Shown here piece by piece: positions 8,230 to 17,627 of a stretch of 58,542 nucleotides of DNA. The position numbers were made by a program, and so were the translations under genes. The DNA is from Bacillales bacterium UBA3620 (GTDB lineage: Bacteria; Bacillota_I; Bacilli_A; RF39; UBA660). The stretch spans positions 474-59,015 of the forward strand of contig DFLL01000017.1 of the NCBI GenBank assembly GCA_002375205.1, written 5' to 3'. The notes under the pieces are model-generated. The model had not been told where the DNA came from. It made no database searches and was given only the letters and a program-made list of their open reading frames with translations. Within the stretch, counting starts at the first letter, position 1. Every line of letters begins with the position of its first letter.

Positions 8230-9741
8230 TTAATCAGTAAGCTGTCTTATAAGCCTTTTACCACTACTACTTAATCCATCATCTAAAGCAGTCAAATAAT
8301 CTATACGAACATCTTCAGGTAAATAATTTAAAAATGTCTTAAGAGCATAACCTAAAGCCTCTTCCGCTATTAATTTATCAGCATTAGCTCTAGCTATTTG
8401 CTTCTTAGCTTCTATAACTAACATTAGACTATTAATATCATCTCTATAACTAGGTTTCTTTTCTTTCTTTACATACTTAGGAACTCTAATTAAAGAAATA
8501 ATTCCTGACACCTCTTTATACAAATTATACATTTCTCTAACATATTCTTGATTATAGTGTTCTCTATATTCCACTCTATATACTTCTAATCCCTCATTAC
8601 AATTGTCTATTATTTCTTTAACAGTTAAATCATTACCAAACAGTTTTTTCCCCGTTCCAGACTCGTTCGTATTTTTTATAAAACTAATAAAATCAACAAG
8701 TGATGAATATCTTGAAGTAAAATCAACTTGAATTTCATTATCTGTTCTTCCTGTCATCATTTTATATCCATCTTTAACAGAAGCATAATATACATCTATA
8801 TCTCTTTTTTTAACCTTCATAATCTCATGATTTTCATCAATAGGTTCCCATACAACATCAAACTCTTCGTCTTTATCTTCTTCACCCAAATTAATAGGAT
8901 AATCCGAAGAGTAACTACTATAAACTTTGTCTAATTCTTCTAAGTCTTTCTTAAGATTACTTATACTTGTATTAAGGCCCACAAGTTCTTTTTCTTTACT
9001 ATTTTTTATTTCTTGTATCTCCGCATCTAATACATCAGTTCTTCTTTTCTTTAAAGCCTTTATCTCGACATCTAATTGAGAAGTAAGAACGATTCTATTA
9101 TCATCAATTTGTTGCCTTAATGATTCATTTTCATTAAGCAAACTATTTCTAGTACTTTCTAATTGTTTTATAGAATGAAGTAAAGCATTATTTTTAGAAT
9201 TAAGTTCACTATTACTTCTTGATAACTGATTATTATCTCTTCTTAAGCCTTCATTAATTTCTCTTTTATCACAAACTTCTCTTGATAAATAATCTAATTC
9301 TTGCTCATATACCTCTTTTTTTATTGCTGTTAATGATCTTTTAGCTTTATCAGATATCTTTGTACCTTGAATAGCCTCTATTATCATATCCCCACTAAGT
9401 AAAAAATCAATATAACTAAAAATATCTTCTATCTTACTAATATTTTTATAATCACTTTGTAATAAACTTTCAAATTTATTAAATAGACCAAGTAAATTAA
9501 TAAACCCCTTTTTCTCCATATAATCTAATATCGTACTAAAACCAAGATTAGATATTTCTTGTCTAAGTTGATAATTATTAATAATTTCACTAATAAATTT
9601 CTTTTCTTCACTAGTTAGTTTAATAACTAATTCTCTAGTTAGTTCATCTTTACTAATAATATCAAAAACATTCATAAGTTCTTCGTTACCTCTTAATAAT
9701 GTAAGAACACCAGCTTCTTTATCACTTATATTTTTAAGCAT
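8230..9741 (-). CDS. hypothetical coiled-coil protein (about 503 aa)
   Basis: Start moved to ATG 9741 (M20 of the track ORF). A TTGACA-17-TATTAT promoter (plus 9793-9798 and 9770-9775) lies inside the longer ORF, and a G-rich RBS precedes 9741. The central region is Asn/Leu/Glu-rich coiled coil. Confidence 0.6.
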   Translation of the reverse strand: MLKNISDKEAGVLTLLRGNEELMNVFDIISKDELTRELVIKLTSEEKKFISEIINNYQLRQEISNLGFSTILDYMEKKGFINLLGLFNKFESLLQSDYKNISKIEDIFSYIDFLLSGDMIIEAIQGTKISDKAKRSLTAIKKEVYEQELDYLSREVCDKREINEGLRRDNNQLSRSNSELNSKNNALLHSIKQLESTRNSLLNENESLRQQIDDNRIVLTSQLDVEIKALKKRRTDVLDAEIQEIKNSKEKELVGLNTSISNLKKDLEELDKVYSSYSSDYPINLGEEDKDEEFDVVWEPIDENHEIMKVKKRDIDVYYASVKDGYKMMTGRTDNEIQVDFTSRYSSLVDFISFIKNTNESGTGKKLFGNDLTVKEIIDNCNEGLEVYRVEYREHYNQEYVREMYNLYKEVSGIISLIRVPKYVKKEKKPSYRDDINSLMLVIEAKKQIARANADKLIAEEALGYALKTFLNYLPEDVRIDYLTALDDGLSSSGKRLIRQLTD

Positions 9742-9769
9742 AATCTTTCCCCCCTCTTGACAGTGAAAT

Positions 9770-9798
9770 ATAATAACATATGTTTGCCTATTTGTCAA
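9770..9798 (-). promoter_or_regulatory. consensus-like sigma-A promoter for the 503-aa gene
   Basis: The minus strand reads TTGACA aataggcaaacatatgt TATTAT (17-nt spacer). Confidence 0.55.
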
Positions 9799-9815
9799 GA
9801 AAAAGAAGATACTTC

Positions 9816-10709
9816 TTATTTACTAAACCTAATATTAGGGTTTCTAAGTACCTTCTTTTGATATCCAAGTCTATCTATACCTTCATGGTTTAATTGACTA
9901 TCTTCTTCATTAATAAATCTCATATAATCATATGGACTATAATTAGTCGTAAAACTAAAGTCTAAAGTCTCATCATAATAAGTAGCATTACGATAAGATA
10001 AGGCAAATCCATCAAAATAATTTTTTATATTCTCATCAGTCATTTCAATATAACCATTTTTAAGTAATTCTAAAGCCGTATTCATTCTTGAATCATTTAA
10101 AGTCATAAATTTACCGGGAGTAGTATTAAATAGAGAAAAGACTCCTATTCTCTCTAAAGAAGACCTATCTTTTAAAAAGAATTGTCTATAAGTTAAATCT
10201 ATAATATATTTCTTATCATTAATAGTAACTATATTAAATGCATGATATCCACTTCCAAAATGTAATAAATCATGTTCTTTCGTAAATCCTGGATAGATAA
10301 TAACTCTTCTAACATTTAAACCTAATTCACTAAAAGACCTAAATACAAGATTGCTACTATAAGTACACTTATCAATAAGGGGATCTTCAATATCACTACC
10401 TAATAGTTTACTTCTTACATTATAAATAACATTCTTTAATTTATCATCAGAATCAAAACCATTACTAAATATAGGACTAGATTCCATAATAAAATCTATA
10501 GGGATATCTTCTTCTGCTTTCTTTAAATATCTAGTTATATAGTTAAAGTCATTACTAAGATTACCATCAATAAAATAATCATTTTGAATACTTCTAACAT
10601 ATCTATATAATTCTTCTAAATTACTAAATTGGTTCTTCATTTTACCAAATTTAACATCAATGTATCTTCTTATAACATCTGTCTTATGTTTTTCAAAATT
10701 ATTTTTCAT
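9816..10709 (-). CDS. putative transglutaminase-core-like cysteine peptidase
   Basis: The residue order DKCTYSS..FRSFSELGLNVRRVIIYPG...GYHAFNIVTINDKKYIIDLT matches the Cys / GxxxR / His / Asp arrangement of the transglutaminase core. No search was done. Confidence 0.45.
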   Translation of the reverse strand: MKNNFEKHKTDVIRRYIDVKFGKMKNQFSNLEELYRYVRSIQNDYFIDGNLSNDFNYITRYLKKAEEDIPIDFIMESSPIFSNGFDSDDKLKNVIYNVRSKLLGSDIEDPLIDKCTYSSNLVFRSFSELGLNVRRVIIYPGFTKEHDLLHFGSGYHAFNIVTINDKKYIIDLTYRQFFLKDRSSLERIGVFSLFNTTPGKFMTLNDSRMNTALELLKNGYIEMTDENIKNYFDGFALSYRNATYYDETLDFSFTTNYSPYDYMRFINEEDSQLNHEGIDRLGYQKKVLRNPNIRFSK

Positions 10710-10813
10710 TTACTTTACAACCTTCTATTTCATTATAAAAAACACTATATTAAAAGTCAATAAACTTTACATTTACCTTTACATCAATTATAATTATAAA
10801 GAAGGAGATAATT

Positions 10814-11653
10814 ATGAAATTAATTGTAAATAAAGAAGATACTCTATATAATTATTTAAGAAACAACTTAGAAGGTAAATCAAAAAATAATATTAAATCA
10901 CTACTTAAAAGAGAACTCATTAGTATTAATGATAAAGTAATAACTAAATATGACTATAACCTTCTTATAGGAGACACTATTACTATAAGTAATGGCTATA
11001 ATTATAATGAAGAAACGCTAAAAATAATCTATGAAGATGATAATATCATCGTAGTAGATAAACCTACTAAAATATTAACCATAAGTAATAAGAATGAAAA
11101 AGAAAAAACTTTATATCGAAAAGTATCTGACTATTTAAAAAAAGAAAAGAAAAAAGTATTTGTAATTCATAGATTAGACTTTGATACATCAGGAGTCATT
11201 ATGTTTGCTAAGAATCAAAAAATCCAAAAACTTTATCAAGATAATTGGAACAATTTAGCTAAAAAAAGAGAATATATTGCCATCGTCGAAGGCGTAACTC
11301 CTCCTAAAGGGCATATCGAGTCATACTTAAAAGAATCTAAAACATTAGAAGTATATTCTTCTAAAAATAAAGATGGCTTATTTTCAATAACTGATTATGA
11401 AACAATAAAACATAACAAAAAATACTCTATGGTAAAAGTACTAATATCTACTGGTCGAAGAAACCAAATAAGATGTCATATGTCTGATATCAATCATCCC
11501 ATACTAGGAGACACTCGCTATAAAAGTAAAGCAAATCCCTTAGGTAGACTAGCCCTTCATGCTCACATTCTAGAAATTGAAGATCCACTTACTCATAAAC
11601 TATTTACTTTTACTAGTATAATACCTGAAGAATTTAATAATATAATAAAATAA
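10814..11653 (+). CDS. rluD: RluA-family 23S rRNA pseudouridine synthase with N-terminal S4 domain
   Basis: Catalytic motif HRLDFDTSGVIMFAK, an S4-like N-terminus and a C-terminal GRRNQIRCH motif. Confidence 0.9.
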   Translation: MKLIVNKEDTLYNYLRNNLEGKSKNNIKSLLKRELISINDKVITKYDYNLLIGDTITISNGYNYNEETLKIIYEDDNIIVVDKPTKILTISNKNEKEKTLYRKVSDYLKKEKKKVFVIHRLDFDTSGVIMFAKNQKIQKLYQDNWNNLAKKREYIAIVEGVTPPKGHIESYLKESKTLEVYSSKNKDGLFSITDYETIKHNKKYSMVKVLISTGRRNQIRCHMSDINHPILGDTRYKSKANPLGRLALHAHILEIEDPLTHKLFTFTSIIPEEFNNIIK

Positions 11654-11670
11654 GATATCAATTAGATACC

Positions 11671-11931
11671 TTATTTTTTATTTATTGTTTTCATCATATC
11701 TTTAACTACAAGCATTGCTTCATTAAAAACATTCTTATCTTCAATTTCTTCTAAATAATCATAACCATCTTTATCTTTATTAATATAAGCAATATTAAGA
11801 GAATCATCATCTCTATCAAAAGCACTAATCGTAAATACAGCAATTTCTCTATCACTATTATCAAGTTTAAATATTGATAAAATATTACCTAACTTAAACT
11901 CATTCTTTTCATTAACAATATCAAATTCCAT
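11671..11931 (-). CDS. DUF1292-like small acidic protein
   Basis: 86 aa. The pattern (..F.L..IL..F.LDNSDREIAVF......DDD.L.IAYI..D.DGYDYLEEIEDKNVFNEA) is typical of DUF1292. Confidence 0.5.
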   Translation of the reverse strand: MEFDIVNEKNEFKLGNILSIFKLDNSDREIAVFTISAFDRDDDSLNIAYINKDKDGYDYLEEIEDKNVFNEAMLVVKDMMKTINKK

Positions 11932-11939
11932 ATAACCAC

Positions 11940-12296
11940 CTAATAAAGAATACTCTTAGCAATAAGGAACATAATCAAAACTAATCCTATAATTCCAAAA
12001 GCAATAATAATAGAAATTAAAGTAAAACCAGCATTAGCTTTCATATCTTCTAATCTTTTTACTCTAGCAAGTTCTATTTTTCTTTCTCGAATAATATCAA
12101 GAACATTACTAACAACTCTTTCAAAATCTACCCTATCAGAAACAGTTTTAAGTCTTTCCCTAAGAAGGGAAAATACTTCTAGTAAGTTTTTATTTATATC
12201 TTTAGAAATACTAGCAATATTAGTCTTCTCTTCTTTAACTCTCTGTATATGATTAGGTCTAACTTTAGTCTCTCTATTTATAATAGTATAGTTCAT
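11940..12296 (-). CDS. hypothetical C-terminally membrane-anchored protein
   Basis: 118 aa with a single C-terminal TM segment (FTLISIIIAFGIIGLVLIMFLIA). Confidence 0.5.
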   Translation of the reverse strand: MNYTIINRETKVRPNHIQRVKEEKTNIASISKDINKNLLEVFSLLRERLKTVSDRVDFERVVSNVLDIIRERKIELARVKRLEDMKANAGFTLISIIIAFGIIGLVLIMFLIAKSILY

Positions 12297-12305
12297 TTAA
12301 ATCGC

Positions 12306-14639
12306 CTACTTCCATTTAAAGTTTCTTATTTCTTCCGTATCAATACCATATTCTTTAATATATTCTTCATGATATTTTAATTTATCTTTCATAAGTTTAA
12401 TTATCTTTTTACCTTCTTCTTTTTCTGCTATATCCAAATGTTTAATAATATCAATAACAATATGATATCTATCTATTTCATTTTTAACTCGCATATCAAA
12501 TGGTGTTGTAATCGTACCCTCTTCCATATATCCATGAACTGATATATTTTTATTAAATCTTTCATAAGTAAATTCATGAATAAGTGTTGGATAACCATGA
12601 TAATTAAATATAATTGGTTTATCTTTTGTAAATAATTTATTATATTCTGTATCAGTTAATCCATGAGGATGTCTTGTACTAGGCTGTAGTTTCATTAAAT
12701 CAACAATATTAATAAATCTAACTCTAATACTAGGAAGATACTCTCTAAGAAGTTGTACCGCTGCCATATTCTCGAGTGTTGGTGCTTCACCAATAGATAC
12801 AAGAATAACGTCTACTCTCTTTTCATCATTTGAAGCAAACTCCCACTTACTAATACCTTTAGCACAGTGCTCTTTAGCTTCTTCAATTGTAAGCCACTGT
12901 GGTCTCATATGTTTTGAAGCTACAATTACATTAATATAATTCTTTGTCTTAATAACATGATCAAAACATGATAGAAGACAGTTACTATCTGGTGGTAGAT
13001 ATACTCTTACAATGTCTGCTTTTTTATTAGCTAAATGATCAATAAAGCCAGGATCTTGATGTGTATATCCATTATGATCTTGTTGCCATACATTCGAAGT
13101 AAGTACATAATTTAAAGAAGCGATTGGTTTTCTCCAAGCTATTTCATTACACATCTTAAGCCATTTAGCATGCTGACTAGCCATTGAATCAACGATTCGA
13201 ATAAAAGCTTCATAACTAGCAAAAAAACCATGTCTACCCGTTAATAAGTATCCCTCAAGCCATCCTTCACAAGTATGCTCGCTTAAGTATGCATCCATAA
13301 TTCTACCATCACAAGACAAATATTCATCAGTACTCTTTTTATTTAAATACCAACTCCTATTATCTATATCAAAGACATGATTAAGTCTATTACTCATTGT
13401 CTCATCGGGACCAAATACTCTAAAATTATCAGGATTATTCTTAATAATATCTCTAATAAATTCTCCTAGTACTCTCATATCTTCTTTCTCTATCATACCT
13501 TTTTCTTTAACATCAACAGCATATTTATCAATACTAGGTACTTTAAGTTCTTTAAGAAGAATACCACCATTAGCATTCGGATTATCTCCCATAGTACTAT
13601 AAGGAACTAACTTTTTAATGTATTCTTTTATCTTACCATTATCATCAAATAATTCTTCTGGTCTATAACTCTTAAGCCATCTTTCTAATAATTTTAAATC
13701 ATCTTCCGTATTCAAACTAAATGGTACCTGATGACTTCTAAAAGTACCTTCAATTTTCTTATTATCATATTCCTTTGGACCCGTCCATCCTTTCGGAGTT
13801 CTAAGTATAATCATCGGATAAAAGAATCTTTTAACTTCACCTTTAACTCTAGCATCATACCATATCTTTTTAATATCACTAACTACTTTATCTAAAGTAC
13901 TAGCCATCTTCCTATGCATATCATAAGTGTCAGTTCCCTCTAAATAATATACTTTATAACCAAGTCCGTAGAATAAAGAACATAATTCTTCTTTACTAAT
14001 TCTCGATAAAACTGTTGGATTACTAATCTTATAACCATTTAAATGAAGTATTGGGAGAACGATTCCATCTCTTTTAGGATTAATAAATTTATTCGAATTT
14101 AAACTTGTAAGTAGAGGCCCTGTCTCTGCTTCTCCATCTCCTATTACAGTAGCAGCGATTAAAGTAGGATTATCCAGTACTGCTCCATAAGCATGAGAAA
14201 TACTATATCCAAGTTCTCCACCTTCATTAATACTACCAGGAGTCTCTGGAGCGGCATGCGAAGGAATTCCCCCCGGAAAAGAAAACTGTTTAAATAGTTT
14301 TTTAAGCCCATCTATATCTTCTGTTACATCAGGATAATACTTTGTATAAGTACCTTCAATATAAGTATTAGCTACTACACTGTTACCACCATGACCAGGT
14401 CCAGATATATAAATCATATTAAGATCATTATTCTTAATAATTCTATTTAAATGAGTATATATAAAATTCTGACCAGGAACCGTACCCCAGTGGCCCACTA
14501 TTTTCTTCTTAACATGTTCCCATTTTAAATGTTCTCTTAAAAGAGGATTATCAAGTAAATATAATTGTCCCACAGATAAATAATTAGCTAGTCTAAAATA
14601 AGCATCTAATTCCTTAATCTCTTTATTACTAATTCTCAT
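12306..14639 (-). CDS. xfp: xylulose-5-phosphate/fructose-6-phosphate phosphoketolase
   Basis: 777 aa. It carries signatures HWGTVPGQNF, GPGHGG and EGGELGYS and the expected overall length. Confidence 0.95.
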   Translation of the reverse strand: MRISNKEIKELDAYFRLANYLSVGQLYLLDNPLLREHLKWEHVKKKIVGHWGTVPGQNFIYTHLNRIIKNNDLNMIYISGPGHGGNSVVANTYIEGTYTKYYPDVTEDIDGLKKLFKQFSFPGGIPSHAAPETPGSINEGGELGYSISHAYGAVLDNPTLIAATVIGDGEAETGPLLTSLNSNKFINPKRDGIVLPILHLNGYKISNPTVLSRISKEELCSLFYGLGYKVYYLEGTDTYDMHRKMASTLDKVVSDIKKIWYDARVKGEVKRFFYPMIILRTPKGWTGPKEYDNKKIEGTFRSHQVPFSLNTEDDLKLLERWLKSYRPEELFDDNGKIKEYIKKLVPYSTMGDNPNANGGILLKELKVPSIDKYAVDVKEKGMIEKEDMRVLGEFIRDIIKNNPDNFRVFGPDETMSNRLNHVFDIDNRSWYLNKKSTDEYLSCDGRIMDAYLSEHTCEGWLEGYLLTGRHGFFASYEAFIRIVDSMASQHAKWLKMCNEIAWRKPIASLNYVLTSNVWQQDHNGYTHQDPGFIDHLANKKADIVRVYLPPDSNCLLSCFDHVIKTKNYINVIVASKHMRPQWLTIEEAKEHCAKGISKWEFASNDEKRVDVILVSIGEAPTLENMAAVQLLREYLPSIRVRFINIVDLMKLQPSTRHPHGLTDTEYNKLFTKDKPIIFNYHGYPTLIHEFTYERFNKNISVHGYMEEGTITTPFDMRVKNEIDRYHIVIDIIKHLDIAEKEEGKKIIKLMKDKLKYHEEYIKEYGIDTEEIRNFKWK

Positions 14640-14748
14640 TTATATCCCTCTATCCTTATCATTATAAGTATAACATAATTATTTTAAAAATAATAGTTTT
14701 TTTAATTCTTTTATGCTATAATATTTCATGTAGAAAGAAGGAGTTCAA

Positions 14749-15990
14749 ATGAAAATAATAAAATTAACAGAAACTCAATATAAAAACTATTCCAAATTAC
14801 ATAGTGCTAGAAATTATATGCAATCCGTCGAATTTGCTAATTTAGAAAAAGAATATCAAAGAAATTATTTAGGTTTTTTTAATGAAAGCGATAATACCCT
14901 AATGGCCGCTACCCTACTTTTAGAAAAAAAGATTGGTCCATTAAAAATAGGATATGTACCTGGTAATTTTCTTGTTGATTACGATAACGAAATGCTATTC
15001 AAAGACTTTATAAATACACTCAAAAACTATCTTAAAGAGCAAAAATATGTTTATTTAACTTCTGATAACGATATAACATTTAAAATATTTAATAAGTCCG
15101 GAGAAGTATTATATTTTGATACAAATATACTAAGAGTATTAGATGAATTATCTTTTATCAAACGAAAGAAAACATCTAAGTATAAAGTAGTTTTAGAAAC
15201 AGAAAAAACCCCAAATGAAACATTTAATTTATTTAATTCAAATACTAAAAGGAATATAAACTCAACTCTTAAAAGAGCAATAGCAATCTATAAAGATGAT
15301 AGTAATAACCCAGATCTTCTTCTTAATCTCACAAATAATTTTCAAGCTGATAAAATAAAAAATATCTTAAATAATTTTAAAGGTGATAACAAAGCTGAAA
15401 TATATTTTGCTAAAATAGATCCAGAAAAATATATCAATAATTATAGGTTTTTATTAAAAGAAGAAGAAGAAAATAATGATAAATTAAATCAAATTATGCA
15501 AGATATTACTATTGTAAAAACAAATGAATTCATTAATAAAAAAATGAATTCTGATAGATTAATAACAAGATATAATAATGAAATAATAAGAGCTACTAAT
15601 CTATATACTAAGTATCCAAAAGGCATAGTCGCAGGAGCTATCCTTATCATTAAAAATAATAGAGAAATATATTTCCTAGATGAAGGAAGAAATAAAGACT
15701 TTGATGACTTCTATTCATCACATCTACTTAAATGGGAAATAATAAAAAAATATTTAAATGAAGGTTATAAAATATTTAATCTAGGTCCAATTAAATCTAT
15801 GGATAAAACAGATAATAAATATAATTTCAAATTAGGTTTTGGTGGTAAAGTATATGAAACTATTGGTACTTATGACTTAGTAATAAATAAATGGTTATAC
15901 CCTATTGTCAAAGTATTATATCTAATTACTACTAAACTAAAAAATATACATATACCAAAACTAAATATTAAAAAGAGTAAGAAAAAATAA
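14749..15990 (+). CDS. FemAB-family peptidoglycan interpeptide-bridge aminoacyltransferase
   Basis: 413 aa. It has a FemX-like N-terminus (YMQSVEFANLEKE), a central coiled-coil insertion and C-terminal LKWEIIKKYLNEGYKIFNLGP / KLGFGG motifs. Confidence 0.7.
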   Translation: MKIIKLTETQYKNYSKLHSARNYMQSVEFANLEKEYQRNYLGFFNESDNTLMAATLLLEKKIGPLKIGYVPGNFLVDYDNEMLFKDFINTLKNYLKEQKYVYLTSDNDITFKIFNKSGEVLYFDTNILRVLDELSFIKRKKTSKYKVVLETEKTPNETFNLFNSNTKRNINSTLKRAIAIYKDDSNNPDLLLNLTNNFQADKIKNILNNFKGDNKAEIYFAKIDPEKYINNYRFLLKEEEENNDKLNQIMQDITIVKTNEFINKKMNSDRLITRYNNEIIRATNLYTKYPKGIVAGAILIIKNNREIYFLDEGRNKDFDDFYSSHLLKWEIIKKYLNEGYKIFNLGPIKSMDKTDNKYNFKLGFGGKVYETIGTYDLVINKWLYPIVKVLYLITTKLKNIHIPKLNIKKSKKK

Positions 15991-16006
15991 TTAGCATGTT
16001 TACTAA

Positions 16007-16567
16007 TTATTTTTTTATTCTTCTTTTTACTAATTCATATGTTTCTTCTTTAGTAGTAAATATATTATTATCCCTATCATAATACTTATTTAGCATAATA
16101 TTAGTAATACTATCAAGATATGCCTTTAAATACCTATCATTATCTATTCTTTTAAGAAAATCTAATACTTCACTGTAACTATAATAATCTAATCTAGTAT
16201 CAAAAGAAACTCTATTATATATAAATGAATTACTCATCATATGATGAAGATCAGAGTCTTCTTTTGATATAAAAGCATCTATTCTTTTAATATTATTTTC
16301 TTTATATATTCTCCATATATCAAAATTTATATTAGTAATAAATTCATTATATTTTTTATTAAATAAATAATTATTTATTCTAATAATAATTCTTTGGTAT
16401 TCTTCTGGTACATTAAATCTATTAAATACTTCAGAAGAGACTATATTCTCTTTCCAATATGCCTCTACCCAGTTATCATTAAAACCAGATTCTTTTTCTT
16501 TTACATATAATGCTTGTATAACACTATCAGCAGGTACTAATAAATATTTTGCTTTTTCTTCTTTCAT
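16007..16567 (-). CDS. hypothetical protein co-transcribed with the RhuM-family gene
   Basis: Start placed at ATG 16567 (MKEEKAKY), 10 nt after AGGAGG. That is 19 nt downstream of the RhuM stop. No family recognised. Confidence 0.5.
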   Translation of the reverse strand: MKEEKAKYLLVPADSVIQALYVKEKESGFNDNWVEAYWKENIVSSEVFNRFNVPEEYQRIIIRINNYLFNKKYNEFITNINFDIWRIYKENNIKRIDAFISKEDSDLHHMMSNSFIYNRVSFDTRLDYYSYSEVLDFLKRIDNDRYLKAYLDSITNIMLNKYYDRDNNIFTTKEETYELVKRRIKK

Positions 16568-16586
16568 TATAACCATTCCTCCTATT

Positions 16587-17489
16587 TTAATTACTTGATT
16601 CTTGATTTTTTGTAAATTCAATTAACTCATCAAAGTCAGATAAATAATTTTGATCTTGTTTTATTCTATATTTTTCATATTCTGATAGCGCTAAAGAATC
16701 TGCAATTTCTCTTTTAATTTTTCCATTATCTTGTAAAATGTTGTACTCATTTAATTTTAGAAATAATTCTAATTTTTCTTTCCATTCTTTCATTGAAATT
16801 ATATGGCCTAATTTAACTTGTCTTTCTGCATAATCTAAGTACATCGATACTAAATTATTTAATTCAGTTATTTCTTCTTTATCTAGGTAATTTTTAGCTA
16901 CAACTACATCGCTTTCTAATATTTTACCTTTAGGAGCATTTTTCCAAGTTTGTAACCCCATATTATCTTTATTAGAATCTACTCTATTATAAATAATTTC
17001 AGGAGCGGTCATTCCTGTTATAGCAAAGTGGAGCTTATTCTGAACATTTTTATAAAATTCAATAGTTGTTTCACTATTCTTATCATAATCATAACTACAT
17101 TCTTTATATATGTCGGTAATTTTTTGATAGAATCTTCTTTCGCTTGCTCTAATTTCTTTTATTTTTAATAATAATTCATCAAAATAATCTTTGCCAAATT
17201 TAGGGCCATTCTTAAGTAATTCTGTATTTACGACAAAACCTTTTTTTATATATTCTTTAAGGGTATTAGTAGCCCATTTTCTAAATTGTGTAGCTTCAAA
17301 ACTGTTAACTCTATAGCCAACCGCTATTATAGCATCTAAGCTATAAAAACTAGTATTGTACTTTTTTCCATCGTTAGCAGTTATTCGAATTTTTCGAATA
17401 ACTGAATCCTCTTCAAGTTCGCCACTATCAAATATCTCTTTCAAATGATAGTTTATAGTATTAACCTTAACCGAAAATAATTCAGCCAT
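16587..17489 (-). CDS. RhuM-family protein, N-terminally truncated relative to the family
   Basis: MAELF...NYHLKEIFDSGELEEDSVIRK...DGKKYNT.FYSLDAIIAVGYRVNS..ATQFRKWAT..LKEYIKKGF is the RhuM signature. The upstream in-frame segment is interrupted (see findings). Confidence 0.8.
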   Translation of the reverse strand: MAELFSVKVNTINYHLKEIFDSGELEEDSVIRKIRITANDGKKYNTSFYSLDAIIAVGYRVNSFEATQFRKWATNTLKEYIKKGFVVNTELLKNGPKFGKDYFDELLLKIKEIRASERRFYQKITDIYKECSYDYDKNSETTIEFYKNVQNKLHFAITGMTAPEIIYNRVDSNKDNMGLQTWKNAPKGKILESDVVVAKNYLDKEEITELNNLVSMYLDYAERQVKLGHIISMKEWKEKLELFLKLNEYNILQDNGKIKREIADSLALSEYEKYRIKQDQNYLSDFDELIEFTKNQESSN

Positions 17490-17627
17490 AGTTTTTTGTG
17501 TTAATCAAAAATCTTCACTATCATATAATACTTCTACTATTTTATTACCATTTTCATTTTGATATAAAACAATATTATTTAAATTAGCAACTTTATTCTT
17601 ACCTTAACTCCCTCTCTTTTTTCTTAA

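Noticed and set aside
17505-17507. TGA at a conserved Trp position in the RhuM frame, plus TGAs in the comEC remnant, as evidence for genetic code 4 (TGA = Trp, Mollicutes-like)
   Set aside because: Very long conserved ORFs (SMC 979 aa, phosphoketolase 777 aa, PriA, TopA, PNPase) are uninterrupted under the standard code and encode Trp with TGG. rsmH ends with TGA at the expected C-terminus. A code-4 genome this AT-rich would show many in-frame TGAs.
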